The notes beneath the pieces are model-generated. The model ran no database searches and was not told the DNA's origin. It was given only the letters and a program-made list of their open reading frames with translations. 64,000 nt of DNA from an uncultured delta proteobacterium (GTDB lineage: Bacteria; Desulfobacterota; Binatia; UBA9968). Both the position numbers and the translations under genes were made by a program. The stretch lies in contig CAVTUQ010000007.1 of the NCBI GenBank assembly GCA_963737905.1, forward strand, positions 160,001 through 224,000. Reading direction: 5' to 3'. Shown here piece after piece: positions 28,817 through 37,931 of this stretch (position 1 is the first letter of the stretch; each line of letters opens with the position of its first letter).

Positions 28817-30369
28817 CGACTCTGCCCGAGAGTTCAAGTGTTTTTTCAGAGTCAAATTCTCGGATGACAAACCGCAAATTGGACCTCGTGTTGGTTAACT
28901 CTGGTAATCGAAGACAGGTGTTTCAGTCGCTCGCAGAGGATTTGGCGGCCGTTGAGCCTCCCGTTTGGGCAGGGTTGATAGCCACGTTTATTCGGGCCCG
29001 CGGTTTTGCGGTTCAAATCGTGGACGCTGAAGGGGAGGGGCTGAGCTTCGATGAAACAGCAAATCGAATTATCGATATGGATCCCACCCTCACAGCGGTC
29101 ATCGTTTACGGCCACCAACCTTCCGCATCCACACAAAACATGCCGGCGGCGGGGGAACTGTGTACGGCACTCAGGGAGAGAGCTCCCAATCTTAAGACGA
29201 TCCTGGTGGGAGGCCATGTAGCGGCCCTACCGGAACGTACTCTGCTTGAAGAAAATGTTGATTTCACCTGCGACGGCGAAGGGCCTCATACGATCCTCCA
29301 ATTGCTTCAAGCTCTGACGAACAAGGAAACCGAGCTCCGAAAAGTCGGCGGCCTGGTGTACCGGAGCGGGGGGACGATTGCCCGGTCTGGTCCAGCAGCG
29401 CTGGTCAGCGACTTGGATACAGAAATGCCGGGCATGGCTTGGGACCTCTTGCCGATGCAGAATTATAGGGCGCATAATTGGCATTGTTTTGGTGATTTGG
29501 TACGCCAGCCCTATGCTTCGTTGTACACGACTTTAGGCTGCCCCTTCCGTTGTAGTTTTTGTTGTATTCAGTCGCCTTTCAAATCGGGCGAATCGTTAAT
29601 GGGACTCAAGGCTGCGACGAATAGCTATCGACTGTGGAAACCGAAGACGATTATTACTGAAATTGACAAGCTCGTGAATCAGTATGGGGTTCGTAATATC
29701 AAAGTAGCGGATGAACTGTTTGTTCTTAATCCTAAACACGTGACCGATCTTTGTGATCTCCTCATTGAGCGGAATTATGATCTCAATATCTGGGCCTATG
29801 CGAGAGTCGACACGGTCAAAGAGGCAATGGTGGAAAAGCTCAAACGAGCCGGCGTTAACTGGCTTGCCTTTGGAATTGAAGCCGCGAGTGAACGAGTCCG
29901 CGATGATGTCGCAAAAGGCTTTGATCAGAATGATATCGCAACAACCATCGGCAAAGTCAGGGCTTCGGGTATTAACGTGATCGGCAATTTTATTTTCGGC
30001 CTGCCTGAGGACAACCTGTCGTCTATGCAGGCGACTCTCGATCTCGCGGTAGAACTCAATTGCGAGTTTGCAAATTTCTACGTCGCTATGGCCTATCCAG
30101 GCTCCCAGCTCTACAACGATGCTGTCCGGAACGGTTGGCCTTTGCCTGAGACTTGGAATGGCTATTCCCAGCATGCGGTGGATACGCTTCCCCTGCCGAC
30201 GAAATATCTGTCTGCTGGGGAAGTTTTGCGGTTTCGCGATGATGCGTTTCGGGTGTACTTCAAAAATCCCAACTATTTGACCATGATATCCAGGAAGTTC
30301 GGGCCCCAGACCTGCGCGCATATTGATGAAATGGCCTCCCATCGCCTCGAACGGCGTTACGCTTCCTGA
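28813..30369 (+). CDS. B12-binding radical SAM enzyme
   Basis: N-terminal cobalamin-binding-type domain (LVGGHVAALP), GCPFRCSFC motif, GIEA, NFIFGLPED. Confidence 0.88.
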   Translation: MTTLPESSSVFSESNSRMTNRKLDLVLVNSGNRRQVFQSLAEDLAAVEPPVWAGLIATFIRARGFAVQIVDAEGEGLSFDETANRIIDMDPTLTAVIVYGHQPSASTQNMPAAGELCTALRERAPNLKTILVGGHVAALPERTLLEENVDFTCDGEGPHTILQLLQALTNKETELRKVGGLVYRSGGTIARSGPAALVSDLDTEMPGMAWDLLPMQNYRAHNWHCFGDLVRQPYASLYTTLGCPFRCSFCCIQSPFKSGESLMGLKAATNSYRLWKPKTIITEIDKLVNQYGVRNIKVADELFVLNPKHVTDLCDLLIERNYDLNIWAYARVDTVKEAMVEKLKRAGVNWLAFGIEAASERVRDDVAKGFDQNDIATTIGKVRASGINVIGNFIFGLPEDNLSSMQATLDLAVELNCEFANFYVAMAYPGSQLYNDAVRNGWPLPETWNGYSQHAVDTLPLPTKYLSAGEVLRFRDDAFRVYFKNPNYLTMISRKFGPQTCAHIDEMASHRLERRYAS

Positions 30370-30418
30370 ATTCAAAGCTCTATTAGGTCGGTTGATGGAG
30401 ATTTTGTTTCAGTCGAAT

Positions 30419-31336
30419 ATGGCGAGTCCTCTAGTCACCGTTATTCTTTTCGCCCACGCTCCCTACGCGAAGTTTTTGCCGTCTTCGTTGGAATCCATAC
30501 TCCATCAATCGTATCGCGATTTGGAGGTCCTAGTTTTAACAGATGGAAGCAAGGACGTCGGGATTGTGATTGAGCGATATATGGATGATGGGCGGGTCAA
30601 GCTCTGCGCCCAGGCGCACCCGTACTTCCTGGAAACAGCGAATGAATTGATGATGGAGTCTAAAGGGGAATATCTCGGCACGTGGAATAGTGACGACATC
30701 TATAATGACAAACATGTCGAGCTGCTCGTTCAGGCCTTGGTGAATGACCCCGAGGTGGGAGGCGCATTCGATAATACCGAATATTTCAGGGAGTCGGAGC
30801 GAAGTGAAATAAGCGAGGGCTTGATTGTGCCCGAGGACAGCGCAAAAACATTATCTTCGCGGCGCCTATCGGTTCAGCATATTTTCAACGAAAATATCAT
30901 GACCGGTCCTTCTTCGCTCATCAAAAAGGCCGCATTTGAACGTGTCGGTGGTTATGACCGCAAAATCCGGCTCAACTGCGACCTGCACTGGTTTTATCGG
31001 CTCGGAGCCTACTTCCCTATTCGGTTCGTGAACTATGTTGGAGTGAGAAAACGGATTCATCCCCTGAATAACACCGCTGTGAATCCCCATTATGAGTTTG
31101 GCGTGACAGAGCTAGAGGACATTCGCGATTACTATCCTGAAGTCTACCAGCGGATTGGTAAAAGTGTTTTCAACAGGAAGCTTGGGAGAAAATATTTTCG
31201 CCTCGGATCTTATTACGAGGCGCGGGGTCAGCTCGCCCAAGCACGGCAGGCCTATAGAAAGGCGATGATCCTCCGCAAGCTTAGTTTCCGTTATAGTTGG
31301 GAGTATTGTCGATCCGCTTTCTTCCCTGGTTCCTAG
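30419..31336 (+). CDS. GT2-like glycosyltransferase with C-terminal TPR-like helices
   Basis: LESILHQSYRDLEVLVLTDGS, WNSDD, VGGYD; start uncertain (30395 or 30419). Confidence 0.75.
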   Translation: MASPLVTVILFAHAPYAKFLPSSLESILHQSYRDLEVLVLTDGSKDVGIVIERYMDDGRVKLCAQAHPYFLETANELMMESKGEYLGTWNSDDIYNDKHVELLVQALVNDPEVGGAFDNTEYFRESERSEISEGLIVPEDSAKTLSSRRLSVQHIFNENIMTGPSSLIKKAAFERVGGYDRKIRLNCDLHWFYRLGAYFPIRFVNYVGVRKRIHPLNNTAVNPHYEFGVTELEDIRDYYPEVYQRIGKSVFNRKLGRKYFRLGSYYEARGQLAQARQAYRKAMILRKLSFRYSWEYCRSAFFPGS

Positions 31337-31455
31337 AGAGAATCGGCTGTTTCTCACTTTCGCCTAGAATTGAAATCCACAGCCCACGGCACTGGCGGGT
31401 GCAACGACGAGTTAGACCGTTCTCTACGAGTTCACCAGGTCCGGTGCGATTCTAA

Positions 31456-32364
31456 ATGTTCATGGCTTCGCTTCCCCATGTAAGTGTCATTGTGCCGACG
31501 TATAATCGAGGCGAAAGCTTGGAAAGGTTACTCACAAGTCTGGGCGCGTTGGAGCAGTCGGATTCGATCCTGGCTGAAGTGATTATTGTTGATAACGGCT
31601 CGACGGATAATACTGGAGAAATCCTGCTTCGGGAGAAGAGAAAGCGAAATCGATTTGATTTACGGGTGTCGAAGGAAGAGACCAAGGGCAAATCGAGCGC
31701 ATTGAACCAAGGTATCGGTCTCGCCCGGGGGGAAATCCTGATTGTTGTGGATGACGATGTCGTGGTGGACCATCGGTGGATGACTGAACATTGGGAGTGT
31801 CACCATGTCAGTGAGTTTGGCGCGGTTCAAGGCCGGGTTCTTCCGGGGGTGGACCCCCAAGGACGGCCAGCAGATCCGAGCCGGCTTCGGGAATATAATA
31901 TCCCCATCGTAGATTATGGCGGCGGCATTCGGCCCATCCGTGGATTCACCGGGACGAACGTTTCATTCAAGCGGGATATCGTTAGGCAAGTGGGGCTTTT
32001 TAATCCGCGGCTGGGTCCAGGCGCCCTAGGTTTCAGCGAAGATACCGAGTACTCGATTCGGATGCGCAGAGCAGGCTTCAAGATCGGTTACAATCCTGGT
32101 GCCATCGTTTACCACGAACTCAATCCCGAACGGTATGGTCGAGCGTACAATCGCCGGGCGGAATATCGAAAGGGAGTCAGTCGAAGTATTTACCGGCAGG
32201 ATTCGATTTGCTTCAAAGTATTACCTGACCTAATGGCCCAATGTATGCGATACGGAATCTATCGCCTCCTTGGCAAGGCTCAAAAAGCCTACAAAACCGA
32301 AGGGAGAATTTTGAAATCCTGGGGCTATCTCAGCGGCAAGTTAGGGTCGTCCAAACCTAGCTAA
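31456..32364 (+). CDS. GT2 glycosyltransferase
   Basis: VIVPTYNR, VDNGSTD, VDDD, GTNVSF, SEDTE. Confidence 0.9.
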   Translation: MFMASLPHVSVIVPTYNRGESLERLLTSLGALEQSDSILAEVIIVDNGSTDNTGEILLREKRKRNRFDLRVSKEETKGKSSALNQGIGLARGEILIVVDDDVVVDHRWMTEHWECHHVSEFGAVQGRVLPGVDPQGRPADPSRLREYNIPIVDYGGGIRPIRGFTGTNVSFKRDIVRQVGLFNPRLGPGALGFSEDTEYSIRMRRAGFKIGYNPGAIVYHELNPERYGRAYNRRAEYRKGVSRSIYRQDSICFKVLPDLMAQCMRYGIYRLLGKAQKAYKTEGRILKSWGYLSGKLGSSKPS

Positions 32365-32395
32365 CTTCCCAAGGGGGTCATTCTTAAGGAAGGTC

Positions 32396-33320
32396 GTGAT
32401 TGAAAACCCCAAAGTATCCGTCGTCATTGCCACCTATAATCGGGCCAATTATATTCGTGAGACGCTGGAAAGTATTTGTCGCCAAGGCTTTCGCGATTAT
32501 GAGTTGATTGTAGTCGACGACGGTTCGACGGATGGGACGCGGAAAGTTTTAGAGCCCTACGATTCCCAGATACGCTATATTTACCAGGATAATGCAGGGC
32601 CCTCCGCGGCACGCAACACGGGGGTTCGACACGCGAAGGCACCATGGCTTGCATTTCAGGACTCTGACGATTTGACGGAGGCCGATCATTTGGAGACTTT
32701 GTATAGCTATGTCGAATGAACATCCCAGCTGTGGAATGGTCTTTGCCAACGGCGCTTATCTCAGCGGCTCGGAGCATAAGCGAGCGACTATTATTCCTTC
32801 GCAAAAATCACGTCGCTTTGCCAAGGAGGGAGTCCGGCTGCTCGATTTATTTGAAAAGAGTGTGGTTCGCCTCCAGGCCTGTTTGATCTCTAAAGAAGCC
32901 TACCGTGTGGTCGGCGGGCACGACGAGTCTTTGCGTATTTGCATGGATTTGGATTTGTCTTTCCGTCTGTTGCTGAAGTATCCCGTGGCGTATCTCGACC
33001 ACGTTGTTTTTCGATATCGAAAACACGAAGGTAACATCGGTCGGAACGAAGAGCTGCGTCTGACCGAAAATATTCGAGTGATTCAAAAATTGATCGAGCA
33101 GTTTCCCAACGCGAAGCAGGAGCTCGGCGTGCGTCGCATCGCTAAGCGCATGGCCTATCGATATTACCGTCTGGCCAAAGGACGTTGGAAAAGAGGACAA
33201 CGGGCCGAGGCTCGTGCGGCGATTCGAGAGGCGACGGCTTTATACCCGGCTTCTTTGAAGTATTGGTTTTACCAATTGCAATGGAGCTTAAGCTTCGACG
33301 AGCCGGCCGGAAGAATTTAG
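32396..33320 (+). CDS. GT2 glycosyltransferase with TPR-like tail (frameshift near 32712)
   Basis: ORF 32396-32719 (VIATYNRA, VDDGSTD, QDSDD) continues in ORF 32709-33320 (VGGHDESL..CMDLDL, YRKHEGN). Confidence 0.8.
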
Positions 33321-33506
33321 CTTGAACACCGCCAGCTGGCTTGGCGGGCTCTTTAGTAAACGAACCTCCAAGGTCGTAGGCGTGTGACAGATGCTTTTGC
33401 CGAAACATCTCCGCCACCGTAATACGCTATGGGTTATGGCACCCTGGCTGGGAAAATGGCTACGATAGTTTGATTTTTTAGACCGCAACTCCTATCTTTT
33501 GCCAGC

Positions 33507-34316
33507 ATGAACGTTCAGGAAGCCAAGGCGAGTGCGACGCCTACGGTATCCGCCATTGTTGTTTGCTTCAACGAAGAGCGGAATATTGGCGCTTGTCTCG
33601 ATAGCGTGCGCTGGTGCGATGAGATCGTAGTGGTGGATTCCTTCAGCACGGATCGGACCGTGGAGATCTGCCGGCGATACACGAACCGTGTAGTGCAGCG
33701 GAAATGGTCCGGCTACCGTGATCAAAAGGCCTTTGCTCATTCCCTCGCGACGAAGGATTGGGTTCTACTTGTGGATTCCGACGAACGAGTTTCGCCGGAA
33801 CTCAAAAATGAGATTAACGACAACTTGGCGTCCTATGACAATACCTGTGCCGGGTTTTCAGTGCCGCGTCTAGTGTTTTATTTGGATCGTTGGTGGTGGC
33901 GAGGCGGTTGGTATCCGGATTATGACATTCGATTGTTCCGCCGTGACCGCGCGACTTGGGGCGGCACGGATCCTCACGAAAAGATTATAGTCGATGGCAA
34001 AGTTCGACGCCTCCGGAACCCCCTCCATCATTTTTCTTACCGAGACATCGCCGACCACGTGCAACGGATTAACCAGTTCACGTCCATTTCTTCGCGCGAG
34101 CTATTCAACGAGCGCAGGCGTTGGCGGTTGAGCGACGCCCTGGTCCGGCCAGCTTTCCGCTTTTTTCGCTCGTACATTTTGCGTCGCGGTTTTCTCGAAG
34201 GCTTTGCTGGTTTTCATGTGGCGTTGATGGCGTCCGTTTATGTGTTCCTTAAGTATGCTAAGCTTTGGGAGCTAGAATCAAAGGAGAAAGACGACGGTGA
34301 GCGCAAGCGGTCATAG
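33507..34316 (+). CDS. GT2 glycosyltransferase, WaaE/KdtX-like
   Basis: CFNEE.NI, VVDSFSTD, VDSDERVS, GWYPDY..RLF, HE, GFLEGFAG. Confidence 0.88.
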   Translation: MNVQEAKASATPTVSAIVVCFNEERNIGACLDSVRWCDEIVVVDSFSTDRTVEICRRYTNRVVQRKWSGYRDQKAFAHSLATKDWVLLVDSDERVSPELKNEINDNLASYDNTCAGFSVPRLVFYLDRWWWRGGWYPDYDIRLFRRDRATWGGTDPHEKIIVDGKVRRLRNPLHHFSYRDIADHVQRINQFTSISSRELFNERRRWRLSDALVRPAFRFFRSYILRRGFLEGFAGFHVALMASVYVFLKYAKLWELESKEKDDGERKRS

Positions 34317-35439
34317 CCGCGGGCTCAGAATTTTGCACATCGATCCGGAGCGGAAGTGGGGTGGTGGAGAGGCTCAAGTTCTCGGTCTTTTATCCTACCT
34401 TGCACAGCGGGGTCATCGCAACGACCTGCTCACGCATCCCCACGGCCGGTTGTTTCAACAGAGTCAAGCGCTGAACGTCAGAACGATTCCTCTGGTTGTA
34501 CGAAATGACTTGGATTTACGGCCCGTGCCGGGTCTGAGGCGGCTTATACGCCGCGAGGATTACGATATTGTTCATTTGCACACGAAGCGAGCCCATGCGC
34601 TTTCGCTTTGGCTATCCCACAGATCCGCAAGACCAAAATACGTCGTGACCCGCCGTATGGATTATCCGGAGTCCAACACTTGGTATACGCGGTGTCTTTA
34701 CAATCGAAAAGCAGATGGCGTGGTGGCGATCTCACAGGAAATATTCGACCTGCTGGTCGAAGCTGGAGTAAAGTCCCACGGGATCCGTTTGATCCACAGC
34801 GGGGTTGACCCGCGACCATTTGCAGCTTCCGCCAGGGGATCTCACGAACACCCCGAACGCATCGTGGTTGGCATGGCTGCGGTTTTGGAAAAAAGGAAAG
34901 GCCATCGTTTGCTATTGGAAGCCGCTCGGCGGCTCAAAGAGCAGGGGTGTCAGATTAGCTACCGCCTCGCAGGTGAAGGGTCATTAAAAGAATCTCTCGA
35001 AGCACGGACCCTACAGCTAGGCTTGCAAGAGGATGTCCAGTTCCTGGGCTTCGTCGCCGACATGCCTGGCTTTCTAGCCAGTGTCGATGTTGTGGTCTTG
35101 CCGTCCCTCTTCGAAGGTCTCGGAGTGTCGATTCTGGAAGCTATGGCGGCGGGAAAAGCCGTCATCGCGAGCCGGGTGGGAGGGCTCCCGGAACTCGTGG
35201 TCGATGGGGCGACGGGAGTTTTGGTGGAACCGCGTGATGTCGCGGGACTCGTCAGAGCGATTGCGAAACTGGGGAGTGATCGAGCCCTGATTCGAAGCAT
35301 GGGTCAAAAGGGTAGAGAGCGGCTGAAAAACAACTTTACTATGGAACAAATGGGGCGGAAGAATGAAGCCTACTACTATGACCTTCTCCAAAGCACGGGA
35401 CGGTCGCCTATGACTGAGACGAGTTCAACTTGGGCATGA
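34297..35439 (+). CDS. GT4 glycosyltransferase
   Basis: WGGGE.QV, RKGH, EGLGVSILEAMA, SRVGGLPE. Confidence 0.9.
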   Translation: MSASGHSRGLRILHIDPERKWGGGEAQVLGLLSYLAQRGHRNDLLTHPHGRLFQQSQALNVRTIPLVVRNDLDLRPVPGLRRLIRREDYDIVHLHTKRAHALSLWLSHRSARPKYVVTRRMDYPESNTWYTRCLYNRKADGVVAISQEIFDLLVEAGVKSHGIRLIHSGVDPRPFAASARGSHEHPERIVVGMAAVLEKRKGHRLLLEAARRLKEQGCQISYRLAGEGSLKESLEARTLQLGLQEDVQFLGFVADMPGFLASVDVVVLPSLFEGLGVSILEAMAAGKAVIASRVGGLPELVVDGATGVLVEPRDVAGLVRAIAKLGSDRALIRSMGQKGRERLKNNFTMEQMGRKNEAYYYDLLQSTGRSPMTETSSTWA

Positions 35440-36422
35440 AGCCTCTATTGGATATTCTCCACCGGTTTCGCCGCTCCCATCTGTTAGTGGTGGGCGATCT
35501 GATGCTGGATCGCTTTATTTGGGGAGATGTCGAAAGAATTTCACCGGAGGCGCCGGTTCCGGTTATGCGGGTTATGGCGGAGAGTCATCGCCTCGGTGGG
35601 GCGGCCAACGTTATAAACAACGTTCTTTCGCTGGGCGCGCAAGTGACCGCTTGCGGGGTCATCGGACGGGATATGGCGGGGAGACAGCTCGTGCATGACC
35701 TGCGTCGAGCGGGCGCTTCTACGGCTGGCATTGTCGGTGACCAGCAAGTTCAAACGACTCAAAAAAGTCGGATCATCGCCCGGCCGCGGCATCAACAGAT
35801 CGTGCGTTTGGACCGGGAGAATCAAAACCCGATTGCAGACGCAACCCTCAAGCGACTGCGCGAGTTCGTGCTCGTCAGGGCTAAGACATGCGATGGCATC
35901 GTCATCTCGGATTATGGGAAAGGCGTCGTGCATGGGAGCCTCTTAAGATCGATTGCACCTTTGGTCAGGCGAAAAAAGCTTATCTGTGTGGTCGATCCAA
36001 AAAAGGAAAATTATGCGGTTTATCGGTTTCCGACTTTGATCACGCCGAACAAAGATGAGGCGAGCGAGGCCTCGGGGATCTTAATTCGAGATGACGCCAG
36101 TCTCCGGGCTGCGGGGGAGAAGTTGGTGCGCATGTGGCAGGCGGAGGCCGTTTTGATCACGCGCGGGCCGGATGGGATGAGCCTTTTTCGGCGGAACCAC
36201 GCCGTTAAGCATTTCCCCACCCAACCGAGAGATATGTTCGACGTTACCGGGGCGGGCGATACGGTGGTCGCGATTTGTGGTTTGGCGCTGGCGTGCGGCG
36301 CGAGTTTTGAAGAAGCGGCCGTGGTCGCCAATCTCGCCGCCGGGCTGGTGGGCGCGGAAGTTGGAACCGTGGCGGTCTCGTTAGAAAAACTGAAGCAAAG
36401 CATCCAGAACAAGCAACTATGA
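35436..36422 (+). CDS. rfaE1: D-glycero-beta-D-manno-heptose-7-phosphate kinase (HldE domain I, stand-alone)
   Basis: VGDLMLDRF, RISPEAPVPV, ISDYGKG, VDPK, DVTGAGDTV. Confidence 0.93.
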   Translation: MKPLLDILHRFRRSHLLVVGDLMLDRFIWGDVERISPEAPVPVMRVMAESHRLGGAANVINNVLSLGAQVTACGVIGRDMAGRQLVHDLRRAGASTAGIVGDQQVQTTQKSRIIARPRHQQIVRLDRENQNPIADATLKRLREFVLVRAKTCDGIVISDYGKGVVHGSLLRSIAPLVRRKKLICVVDPKKENYAVYRFPTLITPNKDEASEASGILIRDDASLRAAGEKLVRMWQAEAVLITRGPDGMSLFRRNHAVKHFPTQPRDMFDVTGAGDTVVAICGLALACGASFEEAAVVANLAAGLVGAEVGTVAVSLEKLKQSIQNKQL

Positions 36423-37286
36423 AGAGCATGACAGGTTACGGCGAAGCATCGAGTCAAATTCGAGGAACAAGCGTCACCGTTCAGGTCAGGAGCTTGAACC
36501 ATAGACATTTGGATCTGCAATTGAGGGCACCGAGGGAATACCTCTCCTTTGAAGAAGAGATTCGCAAAGTGATTCGCCAGAAGATTTCAAGGGGAAGGCT
36601 GGACGTCTTTATTAATCGTTCGCCGGCAAAAGGACAAGGTCGCAGGACTCGAGCTCGACGAGAAACTGTTAGGGGAATATTTGGCCACGGTCCGGCAGGC
36701 CAAACGAAAGTATCAATTGAGTGGAGACTTCAACGTGTCCCTGCTTTACAGTGTTCCAGACCTGTTGCGGGTTCGGGAAGTCGAGTTCAATGCGGCCGCG
36801 GAGCGGGAAGGGGTTTTCAAAATCCTCGATCAGGCGTTGGCGAGGCTCGAACGGGCGCGGGAACGGGAGGGACGACAACTTAAGTCGGATATGCAGTCAC
36901 AGATCCGGCACTTAAAACGGATCTCGATTCTGCTTGGATTACGGGCGAGCGAGATCGGCACCCGTCCGCAAAAGACCGCGGTTGTAGCGAAGGACCGAGA
37001 GGGCTCATTGCGAGCCGACAGAGATACGCCGGAAACAGCCAATTGGATTCTCAAGGGCGACATCAACGAGGAAGTGGTGCGCTTGAAAAGCCATGTGGAC
37101 GCCTTGTCGCGTGTGCTCGGGGAAAAAGAGCCGGTGGGAAAAAAGGTCGACTTCATGCTTCAGGAAGTGCAACGAGAGCTCAATACGATCAGTTCCAAGG
37201 TTCCCCACCTTCCTGTCGTTCAACTCGTGCTCGAAGGCAAAGAACGGGTCGAGAAGATCCGGGAGCAAACTCAAAACATTGAATGA
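36419..37286 (+). CDS. yicC: YicC/YloC family endoribonuclease (frameshift near 36645)
   Basis: N-terminal MKSMTGYG, RSLNHRHLD, ISRGRLD; C-terminal DINEEVVRL.SH, GKKVDF..QE..RELNTI.SK, EKIREQ.QNIE in the +1 frame. Confidence 0.85.
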
Positions 37287-37918
37287 TTCGCAAAACCAAA
37301 CATTTCGCCCGGCGAGAGGGAATTATATTTATTCTCTCGGCTCCGTCAGGGACAGGGAAAACAACGCTGATTAAAGGCTTACGGGCGGTTTATCCCGAAA
37401 TGAGGCTGTCTGTTTCCTTTACCACACGGGCGCGTCGCCAAGGCGAAAGCCACTCGCGTGATTATAATTTCGTTAACGCGCCAAAATTCGCTGCCATGAA
37501 AGCCAACGGTGATTTTGCGGAATGGGCCAAGGTCCATGACTTTTTTTATGCGACGCCGCGCCGACCGCTGGACCAGTGCGTTCGTCGAGGCCAGGACATT
37601 CTTCTGGACATTGACGTCCAGGGGGCTAAAAGGATCAAGCGGAAGTATCCCCAGGCCGTTTCGATCTTTCTCCTTCCCCCTTCATGGCGTGAGTTGCGGC
37701 GGAGATTGGCCCGGAGAGGGACCGATGGCAAAGAGACCATCCGTCGGCGATTGGTTAACGCCCTAGGTGAAATAGGAGAAATAATCAAGTATGATTATTA
37801 TGTCGTCAATCGCGAGGTTAAGACATCGGTGGAACTTTTGAAAGCCATCGTTGAGGCTGAGCGAGTCAAAACCTTCCGCGTAAAGCAATGGCGCATCGAG
37901 CCGTTGCATCGGCAATAA
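37283..37918 (+). CDS. gmk: Guanylate kinase
   Basis: SAPSGTGKTT, SVSFTTR..R.GE, DIDVQGA, FLLPPS. Confidence 0.96.
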   Translation: MIRKTKHFARREGIIFILSAPSGTGKTTLIKGLRAVYPEMRLSVSFTTRARRQGESHSRDYNFVNAPKFAAMKANGDFAEWAKVHDFFYATPRRPLDQCVRRGQDILLDIDVQGAKRIKRKYPQAVSIFLLPPSWRELRRRLARRGTDGKETIRRRLVNALGEIGEIIKYDYYVVNREVKTSVELLKAIVEAERVKTFRVKQWRIEPLHRQ

Positions 37919-37931
37919 GGTGCCGGTGGCC

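Noticed and set aside
26795-30375. Long antisense ORFs (e.g. 26795-27676, 29596-30375)
   Set aside because: They are shadows of well-supported + strand genes and carry no motifs.
33391-33468. 25-codon ORF MLLPKHLRHRNTLWVMAPWLGKWLR in the GT2 intergenic gap
   Set aside because: No clear RBS or recognisable homology; cannot be supported.
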